Positions 53,444-62,640 of a stretch of 64,000 nucleotides of DNA are shown here, piece after piece. Numbering within the stretch: the first letter of the stretch is position 1; each line of letters begins with the position of its first letter. A model generated the notes under the pieces. It saw only the letters and a list, made by a program, of their open reading frames with translations, did not search any database and was not told the DNA's origin. Source of the DNA: a virus (taxonomy: Duplodnaviria > Caudoviricetes); the IMG/VR virus record IMGVR_UViG_3300007067_000087, positions 1 to 64,000 of that record; one strand, given 5' to 3'. A program made the translations under genes and the position numbers.

Positions 53444-53676
53444 TGTGTAAACTTCATTTGCCATGGATAAAAATTCTGATTATCGGCTGGCTGATTATTC
53501 TTCTTCTTGCTTCTTTTTCAACATCAAAACCTCATATTACACCTGTTTATTTTCAGATGAATCACGTTCAGGGAAAAGTCCTGGCATCCATTGATAAGCA
53601 AGACGCGTTGGAAAATTTAAAGAAAGCGGTGCGCGTAGACTCTTGGAGGTCAAAACGCCATATTCTATCAAAGTAG
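53443..53676 (+). CDS. Small membrane protein, 3' end overlapped by the antisense fic
   Basis: N-terminal TM; coupled to holin. Confidence 0.35.
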   Translation: MCKLHLPWIKILIIGWLIILLLASFSTSKPHITPVYFQMNHVQGKVLASIDKQDALENLKKAVRVDSWRSKRHILSK

Positions 53677-54751
53677 AAGTAATGCGCCGAGCTTGGCGAT
53701 CCGTCACACCCAACAAAGATGCGACATCAGAGCGAGGCAACTCACCACGAAACAATACAGCTTCAAGAACTTGTTCTGATTTTGTCGGCAACACATCATT
53801 ATGAATTTCATTCTTTGCCCAATTTATAATACGGCGGCGCAAATGGTTTGGAGCAACCAATTCACGCATGAATTGCACTTGATCAATGCAAGTTTCGAGG
53901 AAGAAACGGGTAAAAGATGCAAGTGCTTCTTCACTTAAATGACCACGACCATCAAGATCATTACGGCGCGGCAAATCACAAGCAGCCAAATGCTTTTTGT
54001 AGGCTTGTTCATTGCGCGCAAGCCCACGCGCTACAGACCAAATACCACCCGTATCAAGCGCATTTAGCAACATGGCATGAGACATGAGCCGTATAACGCG
54101 ACCATTACCATCAAGGAACGGGTGAATCCATGCCAGACGGTGATGTGCTGCTGCGATAGAAAGAATAGTGTCAGCGCGTCCTAATTTTGCATAAGCTTCC
54201 TGGAAACGTTTTAAGAAGCGAGGAATTGATTGTGGGGCTATTGGAATGTGTCGTCCAACTTGAACATGGAGTGAACGAAACGCCCCGGGAACAACCAGTG
54301 AACGTTTTCCATTGGCAGGGTTTTCAACAGTACGTAATTCATCTGGTAGTAGATCATAAAATCGTCTATGAATATCTTGAATAGATTCAAGTGTTGTGGC
54401 TGGGTTAGTTAAACCTTTATTATCAATCCAAGCTTGCACATCGATATGTGCTTTAGCCTCAAGCTGGAGATTGCGTCTTTCTGAATCTGTACTATAATCG
54501 TTTCTTAATGCCCGTTCAATATCTATAGGGTGCGTGTTGTGTCCTTCAATAAGATTGCTGTAATAGCAATTCATGGAACGCACGAGATCAGATAAAGCGC
54601 AAACAATTTCATTTGGTAGACTACTACGAAAGGCAGCAGATTGATCGATTAACTCCATAGATAAATCAATCAGTGCGCCTCGGTGACGTGACGATTCGGA
54701 AATGAGCATAGGCTCCATAAGACCAATGCTTTCACCCTCATATATTGTCAT
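53537..54751 (-). CDS. fic: Fic family protein (class II) with C-terminal HTH
   Basis: HPFLDGNGRVIR; YSNLIEG inhibitory motif. Confidence 0.9.
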   Translation of the reverse strand: MTIYEGESIGLMEPMLISESSRHRGALIDLSMELIDQSAAFRSSLPNEIVCALSDLVRSMNCYYSNLIEGHNTHPIDIERALRNDYSTDSERRNLQLEAKAHIDVQAWIDNKGLTNPATTLESIQDIHRRFYDLLPDELRTVENPANGKRSLVVPGAFRSLHVQVGRHIPIAPQSIPRFLKRFQEAYAKLGRADTILSIAAAHHRLAWIHPFLDGNGRVIRLMSHAMLLNALDTGGIWSVARGLARNEQAYKKHLAACDLPRRNDLDGRGHLSEEALASFTRFFLETCIDQVQFMRELVAPNHLRRRIINWAKNEIHNDVLPTKSEQVLEAVLFRGELPRSDVASLLGVTDRQARRITSTLIEYGVLTSKSLRAPLSLNFPTRLAYQWMPGLFPERDSSENKQV

Positions 54752-54754
54752 AAT

Positions 54755-54854
54755 AATGTCCGCTTAAATGTCCGCATAAAAATTCCTTATAAGATATTAT
54801 ATATCATAGTTTTTTTGTTACTTTAAAGATTTTTTATGCCGGATAAATGTCCGC
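54755..54854. promoter_or_regulatory. Three AATGTCCGC repeats upstream of the second fic
   Basis: Copies at 54755, 54767, 54846. Confidence 0.4.
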
Positions 54855-54968
54855 TATATTTTAGATGTAAAAAGCCGTGCGAGAACTCGGAAAAAGACAA
54901 GTGGAATTAAACAAATATTTGGCAATGTTTCTAGAATAATTATAGATGTTTTTCCAAACAAAATAATT

Positions 54969-54982
54969 TGCAATTGATTTCC
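54969..54982. promoter_or_regulatory. Palindrome variant upstream of TTGTAA-16-CATAAT
   Basis: TGCAATTGATTTCC. Confidence 0.65.
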
Positions 54983-55049
54983 TTTTTAATTGTAACGTGA
55001 CGGCTTTCTGGCATAATGGATGTATGATTAACCCGCCATGGAGGGCTAT

Positions 55050-56303
55050 ATGCTCAAACTTGCCATTCAATCCCGTCTCCCTTTGATTGCTGCTACGACA
55101 ACGGATACGCTTAATCTGCCCGCCGTTATCAGTGAATTGACCGGTTTCAATATTTCCCCCTTTAAGTCCAGCAACAAAATAGAGATGGGGAAAATCTACT
55201 ACAAAATCATCACGCCCAGCAGCCTTTATGATTGGGAGTTGCTCTATAATGAAATGGCAAAACATGGCGCAAGCTTGCTGGTGATTAATCCGAAACGGGT
55301 TGTAGAGCCGATGTATAATGCCGGAGAAGTCCCTGTCCCCAAAAAATTACTGTTGCGCTTTGTCGGTAAAACCTTGAACAATAAGCAATTGGCAGAAAGG
55401 CTTTTTCCCTCCCTTGGTGGTTGTACCTTGAAAAATGCAGCGGAGTTCATACGTTTAACGGTAGAACGTGATGGTGAAGTTACCCCGCATGGTTTGACGG
55501 AAACGAGACGTTCCAGCTTTCAAGGGGCAAATGGTTTAACTTACGTCTCCACCAGTCAACCTTTTTATCAACCTGATCAAGCCTTGCAAGACTGGATAGA
55601 GACGGAACGTGATTTCTTCTTCAACGCTACTGACCCGCGCTTAATGCCAAGAGGGCTGTTATTTGATGGTTTTGCCGGAACGGGCAAGAGCGCAGGGGCT
55701 AAATATATCGCCGAACAATGGGGCATTCCTCTGTTTCGTGTTGATGTCGGAACGACCAAGAATAAATATGTCGGCCAGTCGGAAGAAAATATGCTGAGCA
55801 ACCTCTCCCGCCTCGACCATGAAGAACCCTGTGTTGCTTTATTTGATGAGGTTGAGAAAATCTTTACCCGCCATACAGCAGACGGTTCAGGAACAACCGC
55901 AACCATGCTGTCACAATTGCTCTGGTGGCTGGCAGAACGTAAGTCAAAGGTTCTGGTGGTGATGACCACCAACAAGGCAAAAATCTTGCCTCCTGAACTT
56001 TACCGTGACGGCCGTATTGACCAGACAATGTTCTTTGGTGGGATTGAAAAGATCCAAGCCCCCGACTTTATCCGCAATGTGCTGTCAACGTTCAATATCA
56101 ATCATGTTGATGAAACCGCCATTGATTGGATGTTAAAACAATCTCATGAATTGGAGGGAGAGCGTTATTCCCAAGCAGCCCTCACCAATGCAGCGATTGT
56201 TGCTATCAAGCAAGGGCTTGTGTCTTTTGAGAATAATTTAGAACTCACTGCAATTGATTGCAAAAATATTCCCAAGTATAATCAGAGGATAGAGCAAGCA
56301 TGA
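55050..56303 (+). CDS. AAA+ ATPase (Ycf46-like architecture)
   Basis: GFAGTGKS, ALFDEVEK, VMTTN, YRDGRID. Confidence 0.85.
   Translation: MLKLAIQSRLPLIAATTTDTLNLPAVISELTGFNISPFKSSNKIEMGKIYYKIITPSSLYDWELLYNEMAKHGASLLVINPKRVVEPMYNAGEVPVPKKLLLRFVGKTLNNKQLAERLFPSLGGCTLKNAAEFIRLTVERDGEVTPHGLTETRRSSFQGANGLTYVSTSQPFYQPDQALQDWIETERDFFFNATDPRLMPRGLLFDGFAGTGKSAGAKYIAEQWGIPLFRVDVGTTKNKYVGQSEENMLSNLSRLDHEEPCVALFDEVEKIFTRHTADGSGTTATMLSQLLWWLAERKSKVLVVMTTNKAKILPPELYRDGRIDQTMFFGGIEKIQAPDFIRNVLSTFNINHVDETAIDWMLKQSHELEGERYSQAALTNAAIVAIKQGLVSFENNLELTAIDCKNIPKYNQRIEQA
56249..56262. promoter_or_regulatory. Palindrome site overlapping a -35 box
   Basis: TGCAATTGATTGCA; TTGATT-17-TATAAT. Confidence 0.75.
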
Positions 56304-56890
56304 CAAGTAAAAATCAAGTATTAATGGATGGCACGAACGAACCGGAAAGTTATCTGAAAATCGGTCAAAAGGGCAATATGGCGGTAGGGCTAAAAATCTT
56401 GCCTCTTATCCTGGGTGAGATGTTGAGTATGCCAGACAAAATTTTGCTTGTCTGTCGTATCAGGGTTGCTCCCGATAAAATCACTTCCGATCAAGAGCAG
56501 AAATATACCATGCCGAAAGATGCTTTTCCTGATGTCAAGTGGAACAAGTCTGACAAAAATCGGGCATCAACCCTGTTGCATGTTGCCATCCCCAATTATC
56601 AACAAGCTGTTGAGGCGTTCATTGCCGATATAGAAACCAATTTGTCCGATAAAGTTTACAGTCAAATCACCGACCATTTGAAAGATGATTGTCTGGAACA
56701 AACTCATCAAACAACCCTCAATTATATTCAGGAACGGTTGGACAATATCAAGCAAGAGCTTGTCCAAGTCATAGGTGGGATTGAGGTAACAGAACCAACC
56801 GGCAATATCTTGGATTTCATGGGATCAAGCATCGCCACTGCTTTAAAGAACAAGAATATGTCCCTAAAAGACAAACCAGAAATTCATTGA
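56300..56890 (+). CDS. Hypothetical protein
   Basis: Preceded by TTGATT-17-TATAAT overlapping a palindrome. Confidence 0.5.
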   Translation: MTSKNQVLMDGTNEPESYLKIGQKGNMAVGLKILPLILGEMLSMPDKILLVCRIRVAPDKITSDQEQKYTMPKDAFPDVKWNKSDKNRASTLLHVAIPNYQQAVEAFIADIETNLSDKVYSQITDHLKDDCLEQTHQTTLNYIQERLDNIKQELVQVIGGIEVTEPTGNILDFMGSSIATALKNKNMSLKDKPEIH

Positions 56891-56898
56891 GGAAAGTT

Positions 56899-57246
56899 AT
56901 GCAAATAACCATAGCAAAGGCGAGAGAATTTACCAACACATTGTCAGCCGCCGTTCTTCTCCAAACCATCCATTCTTGTTTGGGCAATCGGGGAAAGAGC
57001 CTCGTCCATGAGGGGGATATATGGGTAGTATTGACGAAAGACCTGTGTCTGGAAGAGTCGGGGTTGCATTATTACGAATATCGAAATGCAATGCGCCGCT
57101 TAAAATATCTGGATATTATTCAGTCTGAAACATATCGTATTGAAGGACGAAATCGTAAATATGTTCGTTTCACCGACAGGTTCGTTGAGCAAATGAACAG
57201 CCGTGACATCAACATACTCAACCTCAAGACTTTTGGGAGAACATGA
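56899..57246 (+). CDS. Winged-helix protein, similar to the initiator N-terminus
   Basis: WVVLTKD...LHYYEYRNAMRRLKYLDII parallels WVVMSRE...LTLDEYRGGMKHLKDLCII of the next ORF. Confidence 0.55.
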   Translation: MQITIAKAREFTNTLSAAVLLQTIHSCLGNRGKSLVHEGDIWVVLTKDLCLEESGLHYYEYRNAMRRLKYLDIIQSETYRIEGRNRKYVRFTDRFVEQMNSRDINILNLKTFGRT

Positions 57247-58475
57247 TGGTATCACCTATTGGGGAAGCGAGGAAAATCGCCGGAACATGGCCCGCCGCCG
57301 TTATTCTTTATAGACTTCAATATTGGATGAAGAAAACCAAAATCACCCGAAACGGGCATAAATGGGTCGTCATGTCACGAGAAGAATGGCTGGAAGAATT
57401 GTCGTTGACGCTTGATGAGTACCGTGGCGGAATGAAACACCTAAAAGACTTGTGTATTATTCACACTGAAAAACATCTTTTTAAAGGTAAAATTCACTCC
57501 TTTATTAGGTTTACTGATGGGTTTAATAAACATGAAAAAGAAGAAAAACCCAAGCAAAACAATAGAGGGGGTAAACCCGCTAACGATAAGGGGCGTAGAA
57601 CCTCTACTATAATAGAGGGCTGTACCCCCTTACTGGATAACGGGGACAAAACCTCTATTAATGGAGGGTCTAATCCCTCTACCATTAGCGGGCTGAATCC
57701 CTCCATCCATATAAATACTACGTATTTATATAAGAGTGAGTTAGATAAGAGTGAGATAAAAGGAGTGAGTAGCGGGAGTTCTCCCGCCAGTGCATTTTTG
57801 CCCGGAACAAAATTTGCCTCGGAGGGAGAAAAAATTGAGAAAAATAAAACCCAAAATACGAGGAAAATAAAACACGAAAATTTGGAAAATCCCCCGAAAC
57901 AAAAATTAGAAAATCCTAAAAATTCAAATGAGGGAAAAATGAAAGTTGCGGATGTTTTACAAAATCTGAAAGGAAGCAAACACAATCACCGAAAAGACAG
58001 TGTTCCGCAATTGACCTTTCTTTGGAAAAATCTTGTCCCAGAATTATTCGATGTTGAATATGTCCATTTGACCAAACAGCAATGCGGTATGTTTAAACAT
58101 TTTCGCGATAAATGCCCGAAAGGAGAAGCTTCTAAAATTTTGGAATGGACGCTGAATAACTGGATCAAGTTCGTTAAAGAGGTTGAGAGTCGGATGGGCA
58201 TCAAAAATACTCCGGCTTACCCAAAGGTAGATTTTCTGCTGAAATATACCGACATTGCCGTGGATTTACAGAAAAAAGCAAGAAATTGGAAAAAAGGGCT
58301 TGCATCACCACAGCTTTCAGATAAATTAGAAGAAAATTTGCAATTGATTGCAAACGGTGGAAAATCACCACAGACCCCACCGCCGCCAAGGCGACAGTCT
58401 GATCAACAGCCGCAATCGTACAATGATTTGATGTCGATTATAGGCAGTGGAAGTGAGTGTACTGATGAAGTTTGA
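57243..58475 (+). CDS. Phage replication initiator (lambda O-like organisation)
   Basis: N-terminal wHTH, low-complexity linker with iterons, upstream of DnaC/DnaB-like genes. Confidence 0.7.
   Translation: MMVSPIGEARKIAGTWPAAVILYRLQYWMKKTKITRNGHKWVVMSREEWLEELSLTLDEYRGGMKHLKDLCIIHTEKHLFKGKIHSFIRFTDGFNKHEKEEKPKQNNRGGKPANDKGRRTSTIIEGCTPLLDNGDKTSINGGSNPSTISGLNPSIHINTTYLYKSELDKSEIKGVSSGSSPASAFLPGTKFASEGEKIEKNKTQNTRKIKHENLENPPKQKLENPKNSNEGKMKVADVLQNLKGSKHNHRKDSVPQLTFLWKNLVPELFDVEYVHLTKQQCGMFKHFRDKCPKGEASKILEWTLNNWIKFVKEVESRMGIKNTPAYPKVDFLLKYTDIAVDLQKKARNWKKGLASPQLSDKLEENLQLIANGGKSPQTPPPPRRQSDQQPQSYNDLMSIIGSGSECTDEV
57563..57705. repeat. Six 20-bp imperfect palindromic iterons (putative ori)
   Basis: TAGAGGG-N6-CCCTCTA-like units at 57563, 57587, 57613, 57638, 57662, 57686, followed by an A-rich tract. 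Confidence 0.75.
58339..58352. promoter_or_regulatory. Palindrome site (intragenic, initiator)
   Basis: TGCAATTGATTGCA. Confidence 0.65.
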
Positions 58476-59028
58476 TCCTTACGCCTCTGGCGCATTGAAT
58501 AAAAAAATTCATGAACGGCTGGTTGCCGACTTGGATAATTTCGCCAAGGATGCCGGAATAACGCCGAATTGGATTACTGACCCTCTCCCCAAAACCATTA
58601 CTCAAATCGAACGCGATTATTTACGAGAATTTAAAGGGCAATCAAGCAAAGGTAATTCTGGCTTATGCCTTATCAGCCGCAATGAACATGGGCAAAATGA
58701 AATTCATACCTCAGCTCTTGCCGGTTGTTTGGTAAGAAACTTTATCCGCGCCCGTGTAGTAACTTTAGGGGCAACCCTCGACCTACTTGCCAAGCACGAC
58801 ATGCCCGACCTGTCCGCAATCCTCATCCCCAACTTTTTTATTTCCGCTGCTGATGGTGGCACAATCGCCAGTTGGCAAATCAATGCGCTCTATGATTTTC
58901 TAGTTTCTCGCCACACACGGGGTTTACAGACAATTCTCTGTATTTCTGATCGCAACACCCTATCCAAGGAATACGGCGATGCCTTTATCCGGCTGATTGA
59001 TACCCACTATCTGCAAACCAAGATTTGA
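58465..59028 (+). CDS. DnaC/IstB-like helicase loader with a degenerate P-loop
   Basis: Overall layout (GLCLI..., LYDFLVSRHTRGLQTILC) but no GKT. Confidence 0.5.
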   Translation: MKFDPYASGALNKKIHERLVADLDNFAKDAGITPNWITDPLPKTITQIERDYLREFKGQSSKGNSGLCLISRNEHGQNEIHTSALAGCLVRNFIRARVVTLGATLDLLAKHDMPDLSAILIPNFFISAADGGTIASWQINALYDFLVSRHTRGLQTILCISDRNTLSKEYGDAFIRLIDTHYLQTKI

Positions 59029-59039
59029 GGGGAAAATCC

Positions 59040-60308
59040 ATGTCTTTGGGTAAAAAATTCATCCATGCTGCTTTGAGTGAAAACAATGTTTCCTCCCTGC
59101 TTACCTACGGTAAAATTGACCATTTGTTCCGCCTGTCTGAACTCCCTGTCTATGAATTTGTTCGTGATTTTGTAAGCTCTTATCATAAGCTGCCAAGTGA
59201 GGAGACCATCTTGGCACATACGGGGGAAGAGTTAAGTCCGGCAACAGAACCCGCCGCTTATTATCATGATCTGATGCAATTGCGTTATCAGGAAAGCACG
59301 ATGAAAAAGGCGATGAAAGATGCCAGTGATCTTTTCCTGCCTGAAAACAAGAATATTTCTCAAGCCTTGGAAGTTCTCACCTCTACTGTTTTGGAACTTG
59401 CCACTGCCAAACTACAACGTCAAGTCGTTGATTTTCGTGAAGCCCATGATGTGCTGATGGCCGATTATGCCGCCAAATGGGATTTGAAAGATGGGGCGGG
59501 CTTGCAGCTTGGTTGGCCGACTTTGGACGCTATGTCAGGCGGTTTCGTCAAGGGTGATGTACTGAGTATAGTCGGCAGACCAAGCCAAGGAAAATCCTGG
59601 CAGATGCTCTATGCTGCGCATCATGGCTGGAATGCCGCTAAAAAGGCACAGGAAGCCCACCAGTCGCGTTTGTTTGTTTCTATGGAAATGGGATTAGTTC
59701 CTGTTCAACAACGCTTAGCGGCGATGCAAGCCCATATTCCGGCCTCGCAACTCAAACATGCCAGCCTATCCAGTAAAAATTTGAAAAAGCTCAAAGAGGG
59801 GTTGGTTGAAATACAGGATTATGGTGATCCTTTCTGGATCGTCGATGGTAATCTGGCGGCAACAGTTGAGGATATTTGGGCTTTGGCAAGACAACTCAAC
59901 CCCGATGCCATCTTCATTGACGGCGGTTATCTTGTCAAACATCCGACAGAACGCGACCGATACCGCCGTGTTGCTGAAAATGCTGAACTGATAAAATCAG
60001 AACTCTCTCCTCTTGCCCCGACTGTCTGTAGCTGGCAATTCGCTAAAACTGCCAGCAATAAATCCAAGAAAAAAGGCGAGAAAGTCACCTATGATGACAT
60101 TGGCTACACCGATGCGATAGCACAGGTATCATCCCTCGTTGTCGGCCTATTTGAGGAAGAAAGCGTTGAAACCCTCAATAGGCGCAAGAATGAAATCTTG
60201 AAAGGAAGGAATGGCGAAACCGGCAGTTTCATCACCAACTGGAATTTCCAGACTATGGATTTTTCCGAAGTCGAAGAACAAGATGTTTCCGAACTTCAAT
60301 TTCTTTAA
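59040..60308 (+). CDS. dnaB: DnaB-like replicative helicase
   Basis: IVGRPSQGKS, FVSMEM, IFIDG, ILKGRNGETG. Confidence 0.85.
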   Translation: MSLGKKFIHAALSENNVSSLLTYGKIDHLFRLSELPVYEFVRDFVSSYHKLPSEETILAHTGEELSPATEPAAYYHDLMQLRYQESTMKKAMKDASDLFLPENKNISQALEVLTSTVLELATAKLQRQVVDFREAHDVLMADYAAKWDLKDGAGLQLGWPTLDAMSGGFVKGDVLSIVGRPSQGKSWQMLYAAHHGWNAAKKAQEAHQSRLFVSMEMGLVPVQQRLAAMQAHIPASQLKHASLSSKNLKKLKEGLVEIQDYGDPFWIVDGNLAATVEDIWALARQLNPDAIFIDGGYLVKHPTERDRYRRVAENAELIKSELSPLAPTVCSWQFAKTASNKSKKKGEKVTYDDIGYTDAIAQVSSLVVGLFEEESVETLNRRKNEILKGRNGETGSFITNWNFQTMDFSEVEEQDVSELQFL

Positions 60309-60325
60309 TTTTCTAAAAAATAATT

Positions 60326-60339
60326 TGCAATTGATTTCA
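60326..60339. promoter_or_regulatory. Palindrome variant upstream of TTGTCA-16-TAAGAT
   Basis: TGCAATTGATTTCA. Confidence 0.65.
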
Positions 60340-60416
60340 TTTTATTGTTGTCAGGCCTCGTCTTTAGGGTAAGATAAAAATATCAAAACAAAAACGAACC
60401 CAAGAGAGGTTACGAT

Positions 60417-60947
60417 ATGGTTATTACTCATACTTACAAAGACGTTGCCAGTATTCCAGAAATACGCATGCCTACTATCCTTAGCGATAAGTGGGAAATT
60501 GAGAAATTAGGCGGGGTTGAAGATTGGCTGAATAAGCCTTACTCATTTCAAGAAATGTCAGAACAAGGGGTGGCGGCTGAAACAATTGCCGATTTATTTG
60601 CCAAGTCCGACAAAGTTTCCGACAGCGTAAAGAAATTGTTTGTCCAGCGTTGTGTCATGCGGCTGTTACCATTGTTGCAGGAGCTTATCCAACAAGCATC
60701 GCAAAGCCGGGTGCAGCTACACACTTTCCGCAAACGTGAAGATGTCCATATGCTATTTGAGGCATTGCAAGCGGCAACGTCTCATAATTCCATTTGGGTG
60801 GCAACGACCTTTACTTTTAAAAACACGCTCAATGCCGTTTATTTGGCGTATGGCTGTCATGGTAACAAAAAATATGAAGAAGAACGTGACCAGCAACTGA
60901 ATGACATTTTCGAGCTAACAAAAGTACAAATGGAGGGTGTACAATGA
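60417..60947 (+). CDS. Hypothetical helical protein
   Basis: LFVQRCVMRLL segment resembles the next ORF. Confidence 0.45.
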   Translation: MVITHTYKDVASIPEIRMPTILSDKWEIEKLGGVEDWLNKPYSFQEMSEQGVAAETIADLFAKSDKVSDSVKKLFVQRCVMRLLPLLQELIQQASQSRVQLHTFRKREDVHMLFEALQAATSHNSIWVATTFTFKNTLNAVYLAYGCHGNKKYEEERDQQLNDIFELTKVQMEGVQ

Positions 60948-61564
60948 CCATCACCTACACTTATCTTGAAACTCGTGATCTGCTTGATTCATTTCATGAA
61001 TATGGCTGGAAAGAACACCGCCAGCAAAAGGATTGGGAAAAAAGACAACTTTCTTTCCGTCAATTAAAAGCGGGCAATATGGATGATCGTTCAATCATCA
61101 ATCTATTTGTTAAATCCCCAAAAGTGCCGAAGGAAATGAAACGGCGATTTGCCTGTATATGCGCAGATCGTATCTTCAATACGTTCTATCAATATGAAAA
61201 TACAGAAAGGAGTGTTGAGAAAGCCCTAGAAATGGGTTGGAACTTGGCGTGGGGGAACAGGGTGAGGCGTACCGAAATACGTAAAATACGCGCTCAAACC
61301 CAACAACTGATGTGGGTGCTGCGTTGTGAGCCTTTATATGTCTGGAACGTGCTGGAAACTATCCGTGCTATTCTTATTGACAATGCCACAGAGGCAGCAA
61401 AGGAGGCTTCCCAAAACGCATATGATGCCATGATGCGTAGCCATCCTCGCCCCGCCGTTGATGCTGAACAAAGGAAGCAAATAAACAGCATCATCAATCT
61501 AACCGAGGGGAAGCTGGTTCTTCACCGTATTGCCCCCTCCGTCAAAGGAGAAATTGCGGCATGA
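60944..61564 (+). CDS. Hypothetical protein, weak Imm5-like pattern
   Basis: RFACICADRIF...VEKALEM. Confidence 0.45.
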   Translation: MTITYTYLETRDLLDSFHEYGWKEHRQQKDWEKRQLSFRQLKAGNMDDRSIINLFVKSPKVPKEMKRRFACICADRIFNTFYQYENTERSVEKALEMGWNLAWGNRVRRTEIRKIRAQTQQLMWVLRCEPLYVWNVLETIRAILIDNATEAAKEASQNAYDAMMRSHPRPAVDAEQRKQINSIINLTEGKLVLHRIAPSVKGEIAA

Positions 61565-61713
61565 AAAACGTCATTTACGAGGTCTGTAATTGTCTGGCCT
61601 TTATGGCCTTACTTGTTATCATTTTCTTTTTCTGGGTTGGTTTTGACGATAGCGACATCATCAATTTAAAAAGTGCAATCAGTATCAATGTATCATCATT
61701 TTTTGGAGGTTAA
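61561..61713 (+). CDS. 50-aa membrane peptide (not in ORF track)
   Basis: ATGA-coupled start; hydrophobic LAFMALLVIIFFFWVGF. Confidence 0.35.
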   Translation: MKNVIYEVCNCLAFMALLVIIFFFWVGFDDSDIINLKSAISINVSSFFGG

Positions 61714-61714
61714 T

Positions 61715-62173
61715 ATGCCAATTCTGTTAAAAAGACGCGAAGCAGCTAATGAAAACGTAGTTCAACAAGCACGTCCAACCGAACTTACGCAACTCATCGA
61801 TCAAATTGGCGAATTAGAAGCTGAGGCGGTTCTTATCAATGCCCGTATCAAAAAAGAACAAGCCAGACTTGAAACCTATAAGAAAACTCTCGCCCAACTT
61901 CAATCTTATGCCGATACGCTGGAAGACGAGAATGTACCCGCCCAAGGCTTGTACGGTACACGCTATAAGGTTCTTGTTGGGGATTATGGTAAAAGACGAG
62001 AAATCGCGGATATGAATAAACTCAAATCCTTGCTTGGTGATGAGTTGTTCATGCAGCTTGCTACCGTTCCCCTCGGCAAAGTTGATGACTATCTTAACCC
62101 GATACAAAAACAAGAAGTCCTGCTTGAGCGCAAAACCAGCCGTAAGCTGAAAATTGTTTCTCTTGGGGGTTAA
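61715..62173 (+). CDS. Coiled-coil phage protein
   Basis: GGAGG SD, heptad region. Confidence 0.5.
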   Translation: MPILLKRREAANENVVQQARPTELTQLIDQIGELEAEAVLINARIKKEQARLETYKKTLAQLQSYADTLEDENVPAQGLYGTRYKVLVGDYGKRREIADMNKLKSLLGDELFMQLATVPLGKVDDYLNPIQKQEVLLERKTSRKLKIVSLGG

Positions 62174-62174
62174 G

Positions 62175-62579
62175 ATGTACAACGATATAATCAAACTGTA
62201 TATTACCCTATCCCCTGAATGGTTAGAGGAAAATGATCCTATCCACCATCAAGAGCCTCTACCAACCCAATATGAACTTGATTGCATTGCTGGTGATTTG
62301 CTGCAACGCCTGATAAATGACGTGATGACCGCACCCGACTTATTACGCTGTTATATGGCATGGAAAGAGCATCGTGAGTTGGAACAAGAACAGTACAAAG
62401 CTCAATGTGAAACCAGATGGGAACTCCCCTCAATCCCCCAGACGGATGATGTAATTTCTTGGAATAATGCGAGAAAAACCATCAACGAACTATTGATGTT
62501 ATCTGCCCCAAAATTAGCCCGTATGTGGTACGCGCTGGAAATATCCATGATTGTTGAAACAAAACGGCCGGAAAATTAA
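62175..62579 (+). CDS. Hypothetical protein
   Basis: Operon context. Confidence 0.45.
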   Translation: MYNDIIKLYITLSPEWLEENDPIHHQEPLPTQYELDCIAGDLLQRLINDVMTAPDLLRCYMAWKEHRELEQEQYKAQCETRWELPSIPQTDDVISWNNARKTINELLMLSAPKLARMWYALEISMIVETKRPEN

Positions 62580-62640
62580 CTTCACGAAACAGTGTTAATG
62601 TTATATAATGTACGGGGCATGTAACACATGGAGATGAGTC

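Noticed and set aside
2933-60339. Palindromic repeats as a CRISPR array or integron attC array
   Set aside because: Copies are kilobases apart, with no regular spacers, cas genes, integron integrase or attC R-box structure in the window
741-62433. Numerous short antisense or alternate-frame ORFs in the ORF track (for example 1329-1733, 23397-23858, 35711-36235, 57494-57985)
   Set aside because: Shadows of longer genes with recognisable motifs; no SD or family signal
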